From Octopus vulgaris (taxonomy: Eukaryota): a stretch of DNA of 64,000 nucleotides. Both the position numbers and the translations under genes were made by a program. This document shows positions 12,904 through 26,035 of this stretch, one piece after another (position 1 is the first letter of the stretch; the number at the start of each line of letters is the position of its first letter). The notes under the pieces were generated by a model. The model searched no databases. It saw only the letters and a program-made list of their open reading frames with translations, and was not told the origin of the DNA. Location of the stretch: NCBI GenBank assembly GCA_951406725.2, contig OX597818.1, forward strand, positions 117,552,001-117,616,000, in the 5' to 3' direction.

Positions 12904-13081
12904 TATCGCACCTGAAACTGTTCAATACAGAGATACGACCGACATGAAAACTCACAGTCTCTTCCCCTCTTGTTCCTTCTTTCTAACTTCTTTCTAAGAG
13001 ATGAATATTGTATGAATCGATGTAATGGAAGAATTAGTTAGGGAACGTATGATGAGATGTAAGTGCAAAACTGTATCATAC
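11287..13081. repeat. ~175-bp near-identical inverted repeat arms (11287-11461 and 12907-13081)
   Basis: 12907-13081 reads as the reverse complement of 11287-11461 with few mismatches. Confidence 0.85.
11826..12252 (+). mobile_element. 5'-truncated CR1-group LINE (ORF2 C-terminus + 3'UTR + (ATT)n tail)
   Basis: Translation ..LRRL..THKIIN..TREH.YK..RKHFFT.SVAEVWNKLPASVVSC..FK matches the CR1/L2-type post-RT motif (TRGH..RxxFFxxRVxxxWNxLP..FK). Confidence 0.85.
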
Positions 13082-13228
13082 ACACACATATATATATATA
13101 TATATATAAAGGGGTAAACGTTTTTTTTATTTTCTCTTTCAATTTCAGAATTACAACTATTAGCGGTTTGAGTTTGGCTGCTCTTTCTAGTGAGTCGAAT
13201 GGCCTTATTATGGCCATTCCTTATATTG

Positions 13229-13371
<143 letters not shown>

Positions 13372-13738
13372 GATATATTTTATGTGAAGCTTCCACGCAT
13401 TTCCCGTCTATCGAAATCACTCTGAAATAGTCAACCCAGGGTTTAATAAAAGACACCCGCCGTAGTTGTCATGTAGCGTGAATAGACCCGAAATTACATG
13501 GTTACAATCCGATCGCAGAATCCTGGTTGCATCTTATCATGTCCTGTTTGCTTACAATCAGTGCATCTGACATCAAAGGTTTGTTTGATCAGAACAATTC
13601 TGGGAGTGGGTTAATATTAACTTTATTAATAATATCTTACAAACTCCTGAACAGCAACCTACTAAACAAGATGTACTTCATGTGAACATATAGTAAATCT
13701 CATATGTCTATAGACATTAAATGAAAAAATAGGCGTTA

Positions 13739-14132
13739 TCTCTATATATGTAAATCTGAAGTTGTCTGTGTGTGGCAGGTTTGGTAGCCTTCAACTAACA
13801 CTATCTCTTCCGAGACCCTGCGGCGCAAGTTGACCAAAATTGAGAGTATGACAGAAGAAGGCTTGCTCTTCATTTCGTAGAAGATAAAATTCAAATCGGA
13901 ACATGTTAACACCAAAAATTATATACATCAAAAAGGTGCTTTTTTTTCTCTGAAAATCCCTGTTTTTTACGATTATTTGACTGCTGTGTCGCCATTTTTC
14001 GGGTGTATTTCAACGAGAAAAATGTTCACTTAGAGAGAATAATAAGCTACATAATGCAAAAGTTTTACTTTTCAAAAATTCCAATTCTAAAGCGTCGAAA
14101 CAAACCCGAGCAACGCCGGGCGATACTGCTAG
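13739..14132 (+). mobile_element. Non-autonomous Helitron
   Basis: A|TCTCTATATAT 5' end, subterminal hairpin CCCGAGCAACGCCGGG, CTAG|T 3' end, no TSD. Confidence 0.8.
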
Positions 14133-14482
14133 TTATAATTAAATGTATACATTTTATTAGAAGGATGCAGTAAATAACTTTTAAGAAATATTATTTATCT
14201 GAACAATTCTTTTTTTATTTATGCCAATTTACCTTACACTGGATTTACATATACCCTTTTATCAGATGAATGAGTAATACAGTTGAACTGAACAGACGGT
14301 TTTACATCATATGACTTGTTAACTGTCGTGAGTTATAATCATAAATATTTCCTTCACATTTCATCGATTATTTCACCGTATAACTGTACACATTTGCGTC
14401 AATCATTCTCAATTTTATAATACAACCTTTATAGTTTTGATGAATATACATTTCCATGGTTACTTTTAATGGATCCTCTGAA

Positions 14483-14618
14483 CTCTGTATTGAACAGTTT
14501 CAGGTACGTAGTATTTTTCTTATCAATCAGTTTAATTTGGTAGGATAAAATGTCCCTTTTTCCCACACAATACTTGCAGCCTTATACTCAGCACCTGAAA
14601 CTGTGGTAAGATGAAAAA
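14483..14618 (+). repeat. Diverged direct copy of 11436-11571
   Basis: CTCTGTATTGAACAGTTTCAGGT..TTTAATTTGGTAGG..CCTGAAACT.TGGT.AGAT is present in both. Each has an internal inverted repeat AGTTTCAGG/CCTGAAACT. Confidence 0.75.
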
Positions 14619-14835
14619 ACACATTTTTCACACTGGTTGATGAGAATTATAGGCGACGAAGCAAATACGCCTGCATTGGAAAACTTGCTACAAAATCAAT
14701 GACTCACATTTTCTTCCTAAAGTTTAGATAGATATTTTCGTCTATTTTCTCACTCTCTTTTCTCTTTCTCCGACTGTCTGTCTGTCTGTGCTCTCTCTCT
14801 GTCTATCTTACTCTCTCTCTCTCTCTCTTTACCTC

Positions 14836-14919
<84 letters not shown>

Positions 14920-15054
14920 ATTTATCTAGCTAGCTACTTAGCTACCTGTCTGTCTGTCTGTCTCGCTCTCTCTCTCTCTCTCTTCTCTCTCTTTATATAT
15001 ATATTTAAATTTAGTGGTCAGCCCTCTCATATGTACATAATACAAATGTATATT

Positions 15055-15108
<54 letters not shown>

Positions 15109-15134
15109 GTGTATATATATATACGAAATGCACA

Positions 15135-15459
15135 CGGTTGCGGGTTCAGTCCCACTGCGTGGCATCTTGGGCAAGTGTCTTCTGCTATAGCCCCGGGCCG
15201 ACCAATGCCTTGTGAGTGGATTTGGTAGACGGAAACTGAAAGAAGCCTGTCGTATATATGTATATATATGTATATGTGTGTGTGTTTGTCTGTGTTTGTC
15301 CCCCTAGCATTGCTTGACAATCGATGCTGGTGTGTTTACGTCCCCGTCACTTAGCGGTTCGGCAAAAAGAGACCGATAGAATAAGTACTAAAAGGTGGTG
15401 CTCCAGCATGGCCGCAGTCAAATGACTGAAACAAGTAAAAGAGTAAAAGAGTAAAAGAG
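15135..15459 (+). mobile_element. SINE family A (5' truncated, internal deletion)
   Basis: GGGTTCAGTCCCACTGCGTGGCATCTTGGGCAAGTGTC... ends GACTGAAACAAGTAAAAGAGTAAAAGAG. Confidence 0.85.
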
Positions 15460-16661
15460 AATATATATATACGAAATGCACACACATATACACACACTAC
15501 ATACATACATACATGCATGCATACAGAGGTATAAATATACAAGTAGACATAACTATAGAAGCTTGGGCGTGCGTCTCGTCTGTTAGATGCGTCGTATATC
15601 GACGTGCAGGGACGAATACTGAAATAAGAAATTTGCAAGAACCAAATGAATCATCACTGAAATACATTTGAATTTATTTCAATTAAACATTTTACTGCAA
15701 CCAAATAATTTTCGTTGTTCGTTAGTCTTTTTTCACATACAGACACATATATACACGCGCATATGCAAACATATACACACATAGAGATGTGTGTATATGT
15801 GCGTGCATGTATCTGTGTCAGTGCGTAATTGGCTTTTAATTTTCCCGATTACATTCGTGTTATTCACTTTTATATATATATATACGCATATACATAACCT
15901 AGTACTACATCAAGTGTCGGATTGAACTCCTTCCCATGTGAATTATCTGAAAATAGATAAGGTTTCTGGTCAACTGCTACACTATTGATTACGATAACAT
16001 CGCGTTACTAAGGACCGATTGATTAATTTCCCACCTACAATCTCTCCTCGGATCGATGGATACTCGCGAGAGATAATATTCTCTTTATACTGCATTGATA
16101 CATTAATTTTTCTGTTCGAATGTTTCCACCTCACTTTGTATCATTCAATATCTTTCAACTTTCTTTTCTACGCTTTTATACCACATCTTCCGCTTTTGTA
16201 TACATTTCTTATTCCCCTACTCATTCTATGACTCTGTTGAGCTTCGTTTTTGTGAATCTTTATAAGAAAATAGTATGGCCGAATAATTAAAAGATCTTGA
16301 ATTCATGAGGTTCTGTTTAGATCTCATTGTTCGGTATCGCATTTACCGTAGCTTCAACTTGACCCATATGTCCTGGGTGAGACTGAGTGGACGGGGATTA
16401 CGTACAGGTCAGTTAGTTGGATTATCCCAGTGACACAAAGATGATGGAAGCGGTGTGTTGTGCTACGTTTTACACAGCCTGGGAATAAAGTAAGAGCCGT
16501 AGCGATTGTGGATTACTCAGAGAATTGCGGTGAAATTGTATGAGAGGTCATTTCATCGAGCAAATGGAAAGTTCATTGCACGTAAATGCATATATACACG
16601 GAGACAGACAAACGGATATAGAGAGAGAGTAAAAGAGAGAAGGTTAATGAGAGATGAAAGG

Positions 16662-16694
<33 letters not shown>

Positions 16695-17066
16695 AGGAGA
16701 GAAAGAGAGAGGGGTCCTAATAGGCGTAGGTGACATCTGTTTTGTGACATAGAAACACTTTTAAAAGAAATTGTTCTCGACACGGTGCTTCCAATTCGAG
16801 CACCGTTAAACGTTTGTGCGTGCATAAACCTGTTGTGATTGATTTAAAAAACCGCTATATGTATGTTTGTATATATGTATGTATTTGTATATGTATGTAT
16901 CCATGTATCTATGTACGTGGGCATAAAGGCATACATATATGTAAATGTGTGTTTGCGTACATATAAACACATACATACATGTGTGTGTGCGTATATATAT
17001 AAATATATACATACATATATATACATTAACTTATATAATACATAAAAATATATACATATATGCACG

Positions 17067-17108
<42 letters not shown>

Positions 17109-17119
17109 ATATATGTATT

Positions 17120-17245
<126 letters not shown>

Positions 17246-17246
17246 C

Positions 17247-17290
<44 letters not shown>

Positions 17291-17599
17291 AGAGAGAATG
17301 GGGTTAAAATGACTCGAGAGACAGATAGAGATATGCAGTAATGTGTGCACATATAAATGAATGACAAATGAAAGGGTGAAAATGAGGGCAACAAGCAATG
17401 CCTACCGATTGCTGTTTACCCGAAAACATTGTTAGTCATTTCACTATCCTTCTATTCAGCAAAAGGCTGACTTCTCATTAGATACTGTTGCATTAGTTTA
17501 GCTCCACGTTAAATTTGATCGACTATTGTAGTGATCATTTGATTTCCAACTGTGAACAATCTGTGTTTTCCTTTATGCAGAGAGCCCTGGATAGTATTA

Positions 17600-17790
17600 C
17601 TTAACGTGAGTGACCACGTACATGCACATTTTGGTTCTTTCTTAGTAGTTATCGCTTCGCTAGAACAGCAGCTAAACTTTTCTTCATGTCCCATCCAGTA
17701 ATATTATACAACGAGGGACATATACAATGTGTTCTACAGTTGCACCACAACTGAAACGCTTCGTAAAGCCCAGCTCCACTGAGTCTTCTA
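17600..17790 (-). mobile_element. Possible highly decayed LINE reverse-transcriptase fragment
   Basis: Minus frame gives ELGFTKRFSCGATVEHIV, resembling the QxGFRxxxSTxDHI RT motif. No other clean motif found. Confidence 0.25.
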
Positions 17791-18449
17791 CTACATCCTT
17801 CTACCCATCGGTAGCTTCATTGTTTATTCCCTATACTTTAAAATGACGAAGGGCATTCTCTCGCTCGGAAACGATTGGGATTCCACCAGAATATTAAAAG
17901 CGATGTAATTATCGATGTCTAACGTGATATTATTATTTTTAGAATTCAATTAAAACATCCACAGTATTTAACTGCTATTTTATTTTATCAACTCCCAATC
18001 AAAGGCAAAGCTTCCTTGGCAAGCTATGAAGTGAAAATGCGAAGAAACGTAACTGAATATTTCAAACTATTTTATCCGGTTTTCAAGCGAGCCAGTCCCC
18101 GCTGCTATATTCAAGACAGCAATGCATTTATAATCACACTCATCCGTTTAATTACTATTAAAACTATCATATACGAGGAAAAGGAAATTTTATACATTAA
18201 GATTTCCTGAGCGAAATATTTTACACATTTTCAAATAGAAATCGAAACCAGGCCAGAGGAATTATCTACGCCTCTATCAGTCACAAAATGTTTGTTTCAG
18301 AAAGACCCTGGTCTATAAGCAAAAAGGTACAAGTATGAGCCATTTAAGGGGAGCTTTTGGTGGTCACATGATTCATGATAAATATGAATTAAATTATCCT
18401 AAAATTTGAAGGGAAGGACATATTTGATTTGATTTGCAGCAACGTGATT

Positions 18450-18793
18450 TCGGCTTAGGTCTCACTGCGTGAACCTGAGGTTGCTATCCTCTCTTATCAG
18501 TCTAGGCTGCCCAATGCTTTATAATAGGTTGGGCGGAAACTGTGAGGAACCCTGCAGCCTATGTGTGTGTGTGTTGCTGTTTCCGTGTTTGTCTACCCGC
18601 ACACCACTTTGAAAACCGGTGTTGTTTTGTTCACGTCCTCGTAATTTGGCAGTTCAGCAAAAGAATCGATAGAAATAAAGTAGAAAACACCAGGCTGATA
18701 ATTATGTACCTAAGTCGATTTGTTCTACTAAAATTTTCAAGGCAGAGACCCTGTTTGATTGCGGTCCAGTGACTGAATTGATTCACGATAAAG
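18450..18793 (+). mobile_element. Old diverged SINE family A copy
   Basis: Degenerate matches to GGCGGAAACTGTG, TTTGAAAACCGGTGTT, GCAGTTCAGCAAAAGAATCGATAGA and the tail. Confidence 0.6.
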
Positions 18794-20180
18794 AATGGGA
18801 AATATCAAGGCTGTAATGCTTTTGATCATTTGTAGACTCCAGAAGTGTTGACGCGGGTCGAATAAACAATAATAGAATCAAACAACTTGAGTCTATTGAA
18901 GATATTCTTTCCTGTTTGGTTATACTGTTTCATATTATACTGGTTTCGTCGCTCTATTAAACATTACTAACTGGGCCTTGGATGACGTATGTGGAAGAGT
19001 CCAATTTATTGCAAGCACTTGGGACAGGCCTAACCATTCGAAGAAGCCTTTTTATTTCCATCACACCAACGATACGCAATGAAGGAAATTATGTGTACTG
19101 TGTACCATGCTTGTACCATGTCTGAAATTGTAGTGTAAGCCTAACTCTCATAAGTTTATATCTGCATGTATCAATCCATTGATAAATAAAGACTGCAAAG
19201 AGAAATGGGCACTTCCTTCACTGCAGAGTAATAGATCAATATAAAAAAAAAAAAATTAACGATCAGCCATAAGTGAGAAATCATTGCTTAGATCATTACA
19301 TCGAACAACATACAAACTATACTCTACATCCATATCGTTTGCATTTGGTGATATTTTTGTTTTTCTCAATAAGCGTCTGTGGTGGTGGTGGGAAAATCTG
19401 TTAATGTTTTTGTGTACGAGTGCATACGCATGTGTGTTTTAAATCTTTTCTCGGTTTGTTTGATTAAATATTTTATGTACTCAGAATAGTACAACATGAA
19501 TGAATGCATAAGGCGTGGCAGTAAAGATATGAGTTTGGGTTTCCTAAAACTTGTATTAGAGAAATAATAAATATTATATAATCTACGTATCGATTGAAAT
19601 ATCGACTGGAAGAGCCGGTATTTATTTTATAAAACAATGGCAACACGCATTAACGTGAGGAGAATCTCCTAGCTAGCCTATATTTCTTTATTAGGGTAAA
19701 TCAACTTCTATTATATAATCTTTTATGTCGATGTCAGGTTTGTTAGCAAACACTTTCCCTGTCAACTTCTGATGTCATTTCCTATATTTGCATCAAATCA
19801 TACGTTTTCCTATATCTATTTTCTCCCTTGTGATGGTACTACTTTTCTACACAATCCATTTTGCAATGGCTGAGTACAAAAGGAAAGAAGAAAGAAAGAA
19901 AGAAAGGAAGAACGTGAACGATATTCAATTTCAGTGTTTAGTTTCCATTTATACTTTATTAATGAGTGGCGTAAATGCAATAATCTCGATGCGATTGTAT
20001 TAAAGCAGTCAATTTCTTTCCCGTTTGATGTCGATGCAGATGTTATTAACGTTGTATTTATATTTATATTTAGCATCAGGTAAGCCCTGATCGAACAGAG
20101 CTTAGAAGATAGAAGATATTCCAGGCGTAACAAACCTGTTGCTTTTACTGGATGGATGTGATCTATAACTACACTAGCTG

Positions 20181-20597
20181 AAAGGCGGCGAGCTGGCAGA
20201 AACGTTAGAACGTCGGGCGAAATGCGTAGACGTTTTTCGTCTGCCGTTACGTTCTGAGTTCAAATTTCGCCGAGGTCGACTTTGCCTTTCATCCTTTCGG
20301 GGTCGATAAATAAAGTACCAGTTTGGCACTGAGGTCGATGTAATCGACTTAATCCGTTTGTCTGTCTTTGTTTGTCCTCTCTGTGTTTAGCCCCTTGTAG
20401 GTAGTAAAGAAATAGGTATTTCGTCAGCCGCTACGTTCTGAGTTCAAATTCCGCCGAGGTCGACTTTGCCTTTTATCCTTTCGGGGTTGATAAATTAAGT
20501 ACCAGTTACGCACTGGGGTCGATGTAATAGAGTTAATCCGTTTGTCTGTCCTTGTTTGTCTCCTCTGTGTTTAGCCCCTTGTGGGTAGTAAAGAATT
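20181..20597 (+). mobile_element. SINE family B, tandem partial dimer
   Basis: Full head followed by two consecutive copies of the B-box/central domain/tail unit. Confidence 0.9.
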
Positions 20598-21115
20598 ATA
20601 TAACTACACTAGCTGATGTGTCCATCTTCTTTTTAAACAGTGATGAGTGAGATTTGAAGATTTGACTGGCGTTTCATGTGATTTCTCGTGAGTCAGATGA
20701 CCACATAATGACTCTACTGGTATCCACTCTATTGTTGCTTCCCTTTCTTTCCGTCGGTGATGATGGTTGTAGCAGTGGTGTTGGTAGACATGGTGGCAGT
20801 GGTGATGATGTTGGTGGTAGCGTCTCTGTTATTATATTATTGCTTAACTCCACCACAAACCTGACCGAAGAAACTCATGATCTGATCAAAGCAATTAGAA
20901 ATTTTAATGAGCTTGTCCGTTACTTTTGTGTCCTTTATATTTTAATACGGTAATGGGGCAATTTTACAGAGATGTATTTATTAGCTTGAGCTGCTCGCCC
21001 GTTTCGCAAACACTTTCTCGTTAGTCTGAAAGTTATTTAAAACAAAAGAAGATCCAGATAATTTATTGTTCATCGAAGCTACTTTTTAAACAACTTGTTA
21101 TAAAAGGGATATATT

Positions 21116-21525
21116 CTTTTACTCATTTACTCGTTTCAGCCATTGGACTACGGCCATGCTGGAGCACCGCCTTTAGTGGAGCAAATCGACCGCGGGAATT
21201 AATATTTTTGTAAGCCCAGTACTTATTCTATCGGTCTCTTTGTCGAACCGCTAATTGATGGGGACATAAAAACACCAGAATCAGTTGTCAAGCAATATTG
21301 GGGGACAAACACAGACACACAAACATACACACACACATATATATATACATAAGCATATATACGACGAGCTTCTTTCAGTTTCCGTCTACCAAATCCACTC
21401 ACAAGGCTTTGGTCAGCCCGAGACTATAGTAGAAGACACTTGCCCAAGGTGCCACATAGAGCGACTGAACCTGGAACTATGTGGTTGGTAAGCAAGCTAT
21501 TTACCTCACAGCCACTCGTACGCCT
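21116..21525 (-). mobile_element. SINE family A, full length
   Basis: Colinear with 55469-55886 and 60223-60611. Confidence 0.9.
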
Positions 21526-21533
21526 ATATACAC

Positions 21534-21584
<51 letters not shown>

Positions 21585-21605
21585 AACACATTGCCTAAAT
21601 ACCTA

Positions 21606-21832
21606 ATTCTTTACTACCCACAAGGGGCTAAACACAGAGGGGACAACCAAGGACAGACAAACTGATTAAGTCGATTATATCGACTCCAGTGCGTAACTGG
21701 TACATATTTAATCGACCCCGAAAGGATGAAAGGCAAAGTCGACCTCGGCGGAAATTGAACTCAGAACGTACCGGCAGACGAAATACTGCAAAGCATTTCG
21801 CCCGGCGTGCTAACGTTTCTGGCAGCTCGCAG
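21606..21832 (-). mobile_element. SINE family B monomer
   Basis: Reverse complement of 20181-20415. Confidence 0.85.
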
Positions 21833-22639
21833 CCTTGAGAAATTAGAAAGAAAAAAAAAAAAAACAGAAAGGAGAAAGCTAATTTGAAGACTACAGATCC
21901 AGTCTATCACTAGATCTGTAAAAATTTGTAAAACTTTCCAGAAGTTTATCATTTAAATATATATGACCATGTCTAGGTATGTAACTACATGCATGAGAAT
22001 AAATACATAAAACATACATACATCCATCCATACATCCATCCATACATACATACGTATGTACATACATACATACATACATACATACATACTTACATACATA
22101 CATACATACATACGTACGTACGTACATACATACATGCATACACACATACAAACAAACAAAATTGTCCTGTTGCTGATGTTGAAATTCCAATGAATCTAGA
22201 TTAGAAATCGGTTCTCTATTGGCCAGAAATCTTGAAATAAGCTGAATAATGACATAAATATATACATACATACATACATACATACATACATACATACATA
22301 CATACATACATGTATGTATATATATATATTTCTAATATATTAATCTATATATGGATTATATTTCCTATGTTTATTTTATATGTAATAGAGTCATTTTGCT
22401 TTGCTACTACGCAGTCACACACGTTCATTGTTTACGTTTAGCCCCACAGATTAGAGAACCGTGCCAAGAAACATATTTATAACAAAAGAATTGGATTCAA
22501 TTGAGATGGAACAAAACAGTCTCAGTGTATTTTCAAATCGAAGGAGTCGGAAGAATCTAATAACTTTGGAATTCATTATCAGGAATTATTTTAAATGTTT
22601 AGTTGGAATATTTTATTCTGTTGTACAAAGTATTTTCCG

Positions 22640-22965
22640 CTGTTAAGCAGTGTCGATGTTTGTTCATTCTCGAGCTATGCCTGGCTCATAAGTGCGGTTT
22701 CCCGGTTTCCTTGGCGTATAGGTTCCCCACCTGGACGGGACACCGTTCTGTTGCAGGTGAGCTGCAAGATGCAGGAAGAACGTTTGAGAGAAAGTTGTGG
22801 CGAAAGAGACTGCTTAAGTTCGCCATTACCTTCTGCTGGAGTCGCGTGGAGCTTAGGTGTTTCGTTCATAAACACAATAAACACACACATCGCCCGGTCT
22901 GAGATTCGAACCCGCGATCCCTCGACTATGAGTCCGCTGCTCTAACCACGAGCCCATGCGCCTTC
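22640..22965 (-). mobile_element. SINE family D-type head with alternative tail (tail Z)
   Basis: 22785-22965 aligns with 11000-11171. 22640-22780 is unrelated to tail X. Confidence 0.7.
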
Positions 22966-23538
22966 ACTCAGTTAAGCAGTACTCTTTAATAATCCATTCT
23001 ACTACAGGCACAAGAGGGAGTTAGTCTGTTATATTGACCCCGAAGTACAACTGGTATTTATTACAACTTTTTTTCTTCTTTGTCCGGCGTACTAATAATG
23101 ATTCACTAAGTTCGTCACCTTTGAGTACACTTAAATAGCAAAATTTGCTGTCAGCGTTGGAGTCTTCCTCCAGGTCAAACACCGATCGAGCTGTCATAAT
23201 CAATAGTATTGTACCTGCACCAGTTTTATATATGTGAAGCATATAAAACTCAAAATATTACATGGATTATAAAGCAACGGAAAATGAAAATTAAAAGAAA
23301 ATATATCGTCTTCCTGTAAATTGATATAAAATCCATCAGGATGTCCTTACTGCGTTTAGCTGTATTACGATACAAAACGCATGTTAGTTGTGTATTACAA
23401 GTAAATGTCATATTTTGTCTGTCTCTCTTGTCTGTATTTAACGCTTCTCTGTTTATCTTCAATTCAATATGAATGCCATGCAAATACACACTCACACACA
23501 CACACACAAACATATATAGGAGAACTACGGCGGCGGTG

Positions 23539-24111
23539 GTTATCGCCAAGCTAACATGGCAGTCCAGAAAAATAGGACTTATGCTGCCGTTGATTAGCTC
23601 CAAGAGGCCATCGCCTCTAGCCAGCTATGTGACACACAAACCTGTGTCCATTATAACCTTCGAACAGTGGAGGTCAGAAGCTTCCTCCTTGCTGGTCTGG
23701 CATCCACAGACTAGTTCCAAGGTGTTTGCCTCTTATCAATGTGGAGTAGCCGAACCCAGAAGGCGTCGCTGCTGACCGACTGTTCGAAGAATTATTTACC
23801 TAAATTCAGTGGAAACAGAAAGCCAGTGGATGGATTCCACTGAATTTAGGTAAATAAATTCTTCGAACAGTCGGTCAGCAGCGACGCCTGCTGGGTTCGG
23901 CTACTCCACGTTGATAAGAGGCAAACACCTTGGAACTAGTCTGTGGATGCCAGACCAGCAAGGGGGGAGCTGCTGAACTCCCCTGTTCGAAGGTTATAAT
24001 GGACACAGGTTTGTGTGTCACATAACTAGCTAGAGGCGATGGCCTCTTGGAGCTAATGAACGGCAGCATTCGTCCTATTTTTCTGGACTGCCATGTTAGC
24101 TTGGCGATAAC
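23539..24111. mobile_element. Long palindrome (arms ~276 bp, 20-nt spacer 23815-23834), Penelope-like inverted pseudo-LTR
   Basis: 23835-24111 is the reverse complement of 23539-23814 with scattered mismatches. Each arm carries a hammerhead-like motif. Confidence 0.85.
23906..23946 (+). ncRNA. Variant minimal hammerhead motif (U3:A8 core, A13G); mirror copy 23704-23744 on minus
   Basis: ccacg-TTGATAA-gagg-caaaca-cctt-GGAA-ctag-TC-tgtgg. Stems I and II pair, and stem III is the palindrome ACTAGT. Confidence 0.6.
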
Positions 24112-24799
24112 TATTAATATGTATACTTTATATATATATATATATTATATATGCATACTTATATATATATATATATATAGTTTACCGTTCTGTTAAAAGG
24201 AGATCAACAAGGTACTCTATCCGGTGAGAGATATCATTTGAGAGCAGGAGACACAAGAAGTGTTATAAAAACCTGCCTTGGCTACGTGTCTCCATTGCAG
24301 GACACTATAAGTACCTCGTATTTTTATAACTGCATTCATCAAACGAGATATATATGCATATACCTATATTCACACACACGTATGTATGTGTGTATGTATA
24401 CATACACACATACACACAGCATTTAGAAAAAGTTTTCGTCCGTTAAAGAAATAACGCGTTGCAGCGATGCTTAATATTTCCGGCAATCAGGAATTTAATA
24501 GTTAATATTCCACAAAAAGTAAACATACTCTATTTTTATCTACGTCCAAATTTTCCTGCTTAATCTCCAAACTCTATGTGATAAACGGTAATACGGTATG
24601 CATGATAAATCTGTCACCCTGTCAAACTTCGCTACTTTTACGTTTGAGGATATTTTGGCCATTACCCATATATATTTGCGCAGCAATTTCCTAATTACTG
24701 AACCAACAGTAAGTTTTGTTAAAGCGACATCAGTCCTCTTTGGTCTCTCGTTATTTTACATCAGTGAAAAACAATATCTTTAGACATCCCACTATGTAG

Positions 24800-26035
24800 A
24801 TTATGAAGGATGTAGTGAAAGAAGATATTTCAAGCTTTTACTTACAAGATATACTACGATATTGCTCAGCAAACTCCCAGGGCTTTATCTGACAAACATA
24901 TGTTTACTGATCTGAAACAAGAAGCTCCAGAATTCACTCGAGTGTTTGTGAGCGCGGTTTGGAATGTTCAAGAAACATTCTGATATCTGTTACAATCAGA
25001 TGGCTTTATAAATCAGTAAGTGCTGACATGCTGCTATAGAACATACAGCAAAAGAGATCTCTATTGTAAAATAAGTTATACAGCCACTAAACTTGATTTA
25101 GAGTGACGTGGGATTAATTTGGACACGTTTATCCTCTATCACTTTTAATTTAAAGAAGGAAAAAGGGTCCTGAGAACAAAGCAGTAAAAGGATAATATCA
25201 TAAACATGACTGGTAGCTTGAAATATAAACGCTTCGTGATTGTCGTTCTGGTTATCCAATTACAATGAAAAGCGTCTCCAAATCTCGCCTGCCAAAGGAA
25301 TAGAAGTCTAACTGAAGTGCTTGAGTTACACAGAATTTCCTTGAATCCTAATGATTCCCTGCACTGCTCTGCTTTGCTGCCAAATGTTACTGTAATAAGA
25401 ATTTCGGAAACCAGGAATTGACTGTTTTAGAAAATGTTTTAGATCAGCGTTCCGATATCCATTTACTCTAACCTTGTATACGTGTCGAAGTAGTTTTTTT
25501 TTTTATTCCAGAGGGTTTATGGATCAATGAATTATTTCCGTTCTGTTCGACGCATAGCTTAAAGTACATCAAATCAGTTGATTACTACGGCTGATGAAAA
25601 TTACCAGGGCTTCAAATTTCTCCAAAAATTACGTTGCATAACAATGAAAGCAAAAACCGATAAAAGTGCTTGAAAAGAAGCTAAACACACATATCTTATT
25701 GGGGATTGGGATAATCTATATCCATTATATTCCAGTAAGATCAAAGGATAAACTACAATCAGTCACAACTTGTACAAATTTCGTAGGTATTGGTGTTTGA
25801 ATAAGGATTTCTTACATCCGGATAGCGAGATGTTTATCAAAGAAAATCTCGGTGAGTGAACAGGATCGTAAATGTTACGAGCTGGTAGTCAACAGGAGCT
25901 TAATTATGCTAAAGATAATCTACATAAAATTCTTAATGGATTATCCCCGATTTAAAGCAACTTTCAGATTTTGAAAGAAGAATGAAAGTTGAAGGGTCAT
26001 TAACGGAAGTAGAGAAGGCATATAGACTTGAATGT
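24800..26035 (+). pseudogene. Fossil pogo/Tigger (CENP-B/DDE_1) transposase
   Basis: Colinear decayed motifs with stops and frameshifts: MFTDLKQ; RFGMFKKHSDI (24955, cf. WFxRFKKR); SVSAD; DVGLIWTRLSSITF..KKEK (25105, cf. DETGLFWKRMPxRTF); PENKAVK; SRLPKE*KSN*SA*VT (cf. LPVxWxSNxKAWVT); MDQ*II (25519, cf. PMDQGVI); DFERRMKV (25967). Confidence 0.8.

Noticed and set aside
17581-17605. 25-nt micro-exon candidate (ttttcctttatgcag / gtgagt)
   Set aside because: Splice-like signals occur by chance in 64 kb. No partner exons, and it borders a probable decayed LINE fragment.
23473-24069. Two near-identical peptides on opposite strands (..SSKRPSPLASYVTHKPVSIITFEQ..)
   Set aside because: Artefact of the palindrome. 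No recognisable protein similarity, so not a duplicated gene.
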